From: a virus
IMG/VR virus record: IMGVR_UViG_3300022214_000003
DNA: 36,810 bases
Reading direction: 5' to 3' (one strand)
Numbering within the stretch: the stretch's first letter is position 1; each line of letters begins with the position of its first letter. The position numbers and the translations under genes were made by a program. Shown one piece after another: positions 33,479 through 36,810 of the stretch. The notes beneath the pieces were generated by a model that searched no databases, had not been told where the DNA came from, and saw nothing but the letters and a program-made list of their open reading frames with translations.

Positions 33479-33964
33479 ATGGATGCAATGATTGCAGGCG
33501 ACTTTCGTGTTCCTGGCTGTCCAGTCATTCTGATTATTGAAGACGATCGGGCCGTAGCGGAAGCCCTCCGCGCAATTGTGGTATCACGCCTTGTACCTCC
33601 TCCCGCCATCATTCGCGACTATCCCGATGTCGTGCTCGCTCATGCTGCATTGGATACAGGAGAGATGCCTTATCCTGACCTAGTGCTGCTTGACCCTGGG
33701 CTACCGGAGACGCAAGGAATTGAATCGCTACGAGCGTTGTTGCAACATCCTGCCTTGTCTGATGGTGTCCCTATTATCGTGGTGTCGGGGACCATTGCCC
33801 CCGACACGGCGGATGTAATGCTCTCCATGGGGGCTGACGCATATATCCCTAAAGGAACCGAAAACTTTGCAGCCACCCTTATTACAGAGATTTACCGACA
33901 ATGCGCGGAGGCGAGAGAGATCCGGGCGATAGTCCGCCCAGTAGGCAAGGACGGCGACGGTTAG
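33479..33964 (+). CDS. Stand-alone CheY-like response-regulator receiver domain protein
   Basis: ILIIEDD supplies the acidic pair. DLVLLDPGLPETQG supplies the phospho-acceptor Asp. IIVVSG supplies the conserved Ser/Thr. DAYIPKG supplies the conserved Lys. No output domain is present. Confidence 0.75.
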   Translation: MDAMIAGDFRVPGCPVILIIEDDRAVAEALRAIVVSRLVPPPAIIRDYPDVVLAHAALDTGEMPYPDLVLLDPGLPETQGIESLRALLQHPALSDGVPIIVVSGTIAPDTADVMLSMGADAYIPKGTENFAATLITEIYRQCAEAREIRAIVRPVGKDGDG

Positions 33965-33969
33965 GGCTC

Positions 33970-34311
33970 ATGGAGGAGGCCTTAAAGCATGAGCGTGTCC
34001 AACTGTGGCACGCCGAGCGTAACAATGGGGTGATGCTGGCTGCCATAGAGGCGCGGCTTAACATCATGGATCGTGACCTAGAGGAGTCACGCCAGCGGCT
34101 CTCCAGGCTAATAGATGGGGGAGAGGGGGCCCCTTTGGCGGTGCGCCTCAACAATCTAGAACGTGACATCCGTGATGCCAATGGCGCACTACAAGGGATG
34201 CGGGATAGGCACGCTGAGCGCATCAAGGGCGGGTGGATTCTTGGCACGGCTCTGGTGTCTGGCCTGCTGGGGCTTATCGGAACAGTCCTAACCCTGATCT
34301 TCAAGAAGTAG
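33970..34311 (+). CDS. Coiled-coil protein with a single C-terminal transmembrane anchor (XhlA-like architecture)
   Basis: An N-terminal helical, charged region is followed by GGWILGTALVSGLLGLIGTVLTLIFKK at the C-terminus. Confidence 0.5.
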   Translation: MEEALKHERVQLWHAERNNGVMLAAIEARLNIMDRDLEESRQRLSRLIDGGEGAPLAVRLNNLERDIRDANGALQGMRDRHAERIKGGWILGTALVSGLLGLIGTVLTLIFKK

Positions 34312-34319
34312 GAGAACTC

Positions 34320-34835
34320 ATGCGCTACATCTCCCTGGCCTTGCTTCTTATCGCAGCTATCGCCATGGCTCAGCCTGCACGGGGGCGCCTCGCTATGGCA
34401 ACGCTAGGTGGCAACGGTGTGCTCAGCGTGCGATTTCTTGACGGGCCGCCCGTCGACGCTGCGGCGCAGTACGAGTTAAGCGCCAAGGCTACGACTACTT
34501 GGCTCTGCCTGCGGGCGACAGATAATGCCTGCCCGGCAGCCCCAGGGCTGCGTAGCGTTAGCAGCACAGAGTTGCTGACTAGCAGCACTCTGAAGCCGTT
34601 GCCGGATAGTGCCGCAAATGTTGCCGCAGGCACCGCAGGGCTTATCAGTAGTACGCTGTCGCTAGGGCCTCCTGAACTAGATGAAGACGACTTTGATGCG
34701 TGCCCGGATGGGCAGCAGTGGGCGCTAGGCGAGGTGGTCTATGAGCGCATCACGCTGCGCAAAACCGCCGACAAGGAAGGCACCGTGTTGCAGCCGCAGC
34801 GGCTCGGAGTAAGGTATCATTATTGCGTGGAGTAG
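34320..34835 (+). CDS. Secreted or signal-anchored Cys-containing protein
   Basis: N-terminus MRYISLALLLIAAIAMAQP. It has 4 Cys and no lipobox. Confidence 0.5.
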   Translation: MRYISLALLLIAAIAMAQPARGRLAMATLGGNGVLSVRFLDGPPVDAAAQYELSAKATTTWLCLRATDNACPAAPGLRSVSSTELLTSSTLKPLPDSAANVAAGTAGLISSTLSLGPPELDEDDFDACPDGQQWALGEVVYERITLRKTADKEGTVLQPQRLGVRYHYCVE

Positions 34836-34838
34836 AAC

Positions 34839-34997
34839 ATGGGCGATGATGTTGCGAAGCAAGCAAGCGCGTATGGCAAGTGCCCTATTTGCGGTGGGGC
34901 TGTGGCGACAAGGGAGAGGCGCCCGGACGGGAATGATTGTTGCGAGAATGGGCATATCTACCCGTCCGCAGATGCTGTTATGGTAGACGAAAAATAG
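34839..34997 (+). CDS. 52-aa zinc-ribbon protein (below the ORF-track cutoff)
   Basis: My own translation gives MGDDVAKQASAYGKCPICGGAVATRERRPDGNDCCENGHIYPSADAVMVDEK*. Confidence 0.45.
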   Translation: MGDDVAKQASAYGKCPICGGAVATRERRPDGNDCCENGHIYPSADAVMVDEK

Positions 34998-35152
34998 AGT
35001 CTATGAGGAGCTAATTGCTATGCTGGAGCGGCAGGACTGAATCTGCTATACTCTCCCACGGGTGGCAACCGGATTGCAACCGGGGCCGGGTCACGACGGC
35101 CACGCCGCCCTACCTCTTACGTGACGCTCACCCGTGACATGAGGAGCTAGCC

Positions 35153-35935
35153 ATGTCGCAACTGATCCCTTTCCAGTTTGAAGCTCACGCTATTACAATT
35201 CATCTTGATGAAGCGGGGCAGCCCTGGTGGGAAGCGCAAGATGTCTGCGTTGTCCTTGGCATCCGTGATGTCTCCAAAGCAGTAGCAAGGCTGAAGCTCG
35301 GAGAGAAACGCACGAGTGAAAGTCGGAACGTATTGATTATTAACGAGAAAGGGCTGTATCGTCTTATCATGCGGAGCAACAAGCCGGAAGCTGAGCGCTT
35401 TCAGGATTGGGTCTTTGGCGAAGTCCTCCCGCAGATCCGCAAGACCGGACAGTATATTCCGAAGCCTTCCGCCTTGGATGCCTTCCCAGAGATGCGTGCC
35501 ATGGTTGCGCTGATGGAGAATGTGGCAGAACAGCGTCTTATGATTGAGGAGATGCGCGAAGCCCAGCGCCAACAAGATGCCAAGCTCATAGCCACACAGC
35601 AACAAACCATCGAAGCCCTGCAGCAATCCCAGCGTGCTGACGCCAAAGCCGACATGGCGCTGGATGAGGCGCGGCGCATGACGCTGGAGGATTTTGTCTA
35701 CAGCAACGGGCTTGCCAGGCAACTCCCGCTCACGCCGCAGGCCATAGCAGGCTACGTCACGTTCTTGGCAGAGTTCTGTCAACACTTTGGCTTGCCCTAC
35801 GATAAGGAGCCAGTCTACGGCAAGCAATGGCGCAAAGAGAATACCTATCCAGTCCCAGCCTTGACAGCGCTCTTGCGCCATGAGACGCACCGTCCCCGCC
35901 AGATCCGGCTGTACCGGCAGCAGGAGGAAGGGTAG
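35153..35935 (+). CDS. BRO-N domain protein (antirepressor-like)
   Basis: FQFEAHAITIHLDEAGQPWWEAQDVCVVLGI..INEKGLYRLIMRSNKPEAERFQDWVFGEVLPQIRKTGQY is a clear Bro-N pattern. A GAGGAG SD is present. Confidence 0.8.
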   Translation: MSQLIPFQFEAHAITIHLDEAGQPWWEAQDVCVVLGIRDVSKAVARLKLGEKRTSESRNVLIINEKGLYRLIMRSNKPEAERFQDWVFGEVLPQIRKTGQYIPKPSALDAFPEMRAMVALMENVAEQRLMIEEMREAQRQQDAKLIATQQQTIEALQQSQRADAKADMALDEARRMTLEDFVYSNGLARQLPLTPQAIAGYVTFLAEFCQHFGLPYDKEPVYGKQWRKENTYPVPALTALLRHETHRPRQIRLYRQQEEG

Positions 35936-35939
35936 GGAC

Positions 35940-36810
35940 ATGCAGCCGCTGCGCGCTCCATTCCCCTGGTTTGGCGGGAAATCCCGCGCCGCCGATCTTA
36001 TCTGGCAAGCCCTCGGCGATGTGCCGCACTATATTGAGCCATTCGCAGGCTCACTAGGCGCACTCCTGGCACGACCGCATGCGCCGCATGTCGAAACGAT
36101 CAATGACAAAGATGCGTATATTTGCAACGTGTGGCGAGCGCTAGAGGCTGATCCTGATGCGGTTGCACGGTGGGCAGACTGGCCGGTCAATGAGAGCGAC
36201 CTGCATGCCAGGCACGCTTGGCTGCGCCGTAGAGAGGGCATCCTGCGCGAACGTGTAGAGGGTGATCCTTTCTACTACGACGCGCAGATTGCCGGGTGGT
36301 GGCTGTGGGGTATCTCGGCATGGATAGGCAGCGGGTGGTGCGATGCCAATACCGTAGGGCCATGGGTGGTGAGCATGGACAATGATGGCTACCCCGTGCT
36401 GCGGCGAGAGAATGCAGGCATGGGCGTCAGGCGCAAACTCCCGCACCTTTGGGGTCCAGGCAAGGGCGTCAATCGCAAGCGGCCGCACCTTAGCAGGCCG
36501 GGCATGGGAGTTTCATCGATTGACAGGCCAGGCCTCCCAGTCTATTTCCGCGACCTACAGGCGCGCTTGCGTGGCATCCGGGTATGCTGTGGGGATTGGC
36601 AACGCATCCTGGGGCCGACAGTCCTGCAAGCCAGCGGCATGGCCGGGGTGCTGCTTGACCCGCCCTATAGCCATGAGTTGCGAGACGCTGGCATATATGC
36701 GCAGGAGAGTGCAGACATTGCGGCCGATGTGCGGGAGTGGGCCATTGCTCATGGGGATGACCCCATGCTACGAATTGTGCTGTGTGGCTACGAGGGGGAA
36801 CACATTATGC
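35940..36810 (+). CDS. DNA N6-adenine methyltransferase (Dam-like, alpha group), N-terminal part; open at the window end and continues at 128-279
   Basis: My own translation from ATG 35940 gives FPWFGGK, EPFAGSLG (motif I) and LLDPPYS (motif IV). The full gene is 340 aa on the circle. It is missing from the ORF track because it has no stop inside the window. Confidence 0.8.
   Translation, partial: MQPLRAPFPWFGGKSRAADLIWQALGDVPHYIEPFAGSLGALLARPHAPHVETINDKDAYICNVWRALEADPDAVARWADWPVNESDLHARHAWLRRREGILRERVEGDPFYYDAQIAGWWLWGISAWIGSGWCDANTVGPWVVSMDNDGYPVLRRENAGMGVRRKLPHLWGPGKGVNRKRPHLSRPGMGVSSIDRPGLPVYFRDLQARLRGIRVCCGDWQRILGPTVLQASGMAGVLLDPPYSHELRDAGIYAQESADIAADVREWAIAHGDDPMLRIVLCGYEGEHIM
36684..36810. 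repeat. Terminal direct repeat, copy 2 (identical to 1-127)
   Basis: Same comparison as for copy 1. Confidence 0.97.

Larger units (their letters stand above)
1..36810. mobile_element. Complete circularly closed tailed-phage genome (unique length 36,683 bp; siphovirus-type tail module, Mu-like head module)
   Basis: The terminal 127-bp overlap is exact. A full set of terminase, portal, capsid, tail and replication genes is present. A methyltransferase ORF is continuous across the junction. Confidence 0.85.

Noticed and set aside
35147-35941. A 264-aa minus-strand ORF almost exactly co-extensive with the Bro-N gene
   Set aside because: The plus-strand product has an unmistakable BRO-N motif and a GAGGAG SD. 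The antisense ORF is Leu/Arg/Gly-rich with no RBS. It is a typical shadow ORF of a high-GC gene.
1-36810. Diversity-generating retroelement, retron, integrase/attP, toxin-antitoxin pair
   Set aside because: I recognised no reverse transcriptase, no template/variable repeat pair in the tail genes, and no recombinase. The RHH genes are followed by recT and by the primase, not by toxin-sized partners.

Overview
The window is a complete, circularly closed genome of a tailed dsDNA phage with siphovirus-type tail genes. Bases 1-127 are identical to 36684-36810, so the unique circle is 36,683 bp. A Dam-like (DPPY) adenine methyltransferase gene reads in frame across that junction.

Four transcription blocks are visible:
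(1) A rightward late operon (14643 -> 36810 -> 1441). It encodes candidate TerS, TerL, a Mu-type DUF935 portal fused to a MuF domain, a Mu gpI-like protease/scaffold, a DUF2190-like head protein, the major capsid protein, Mu gp36-like and gpG-like connector proteins, the major tail protein, a tail chaperone with a -1 frameshift site (A_AAA_AAC), a 1083-aa tape measure, five tail-tip/fibre genes, and about 7 kb of accessory genes.
(2) A leftward early operon (14378 -> 10857). It consists of small unknown genes plus an XRE regulator and a SWIM zinc-finger protein.
(3) A short rightward replicon (8672 -> 10628). It encodes an RHH protein and a zinc-finger/TOPRIM primase fused to a RepA-like ATPase, followed by an iteron-type candidate origin (10632-10824).
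(4) A leftward operon (8602 -> 1424). It encodes an RHH protein, RecT, a PD-(D/E)xK nuclease, a C5-methyltransferase-like protein, a thymidylate-kinase-like protein and many small Cys-rich proteins.

I recognised no integrase, transposase, partition genes, tRNA, CRISPR array, reverse transcriptase, endolysin or holin.

The most unusual content:
- A tightly linked four-gene accessory operon (33479-34997) headed by a stand-alone CheY-like receiver domain. It sits where a lysis cassette would be expected.
- A C5-MTase-like gene without an AdoMet motif I, bracketed by exact 22-bp direct repeats.
- A duplicated promoter-operator pair that frames an acr-aca-like early operon.
- An iteron origin with isolated iteron-like copies elsewhere in the genome.

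All functional calls rest on motifs read by eye. No database search was run. The host is not determinable from the sequence; I can only say that SD-type ribosome-binding sites (GGAGG) and sigma70-like promoters are used.
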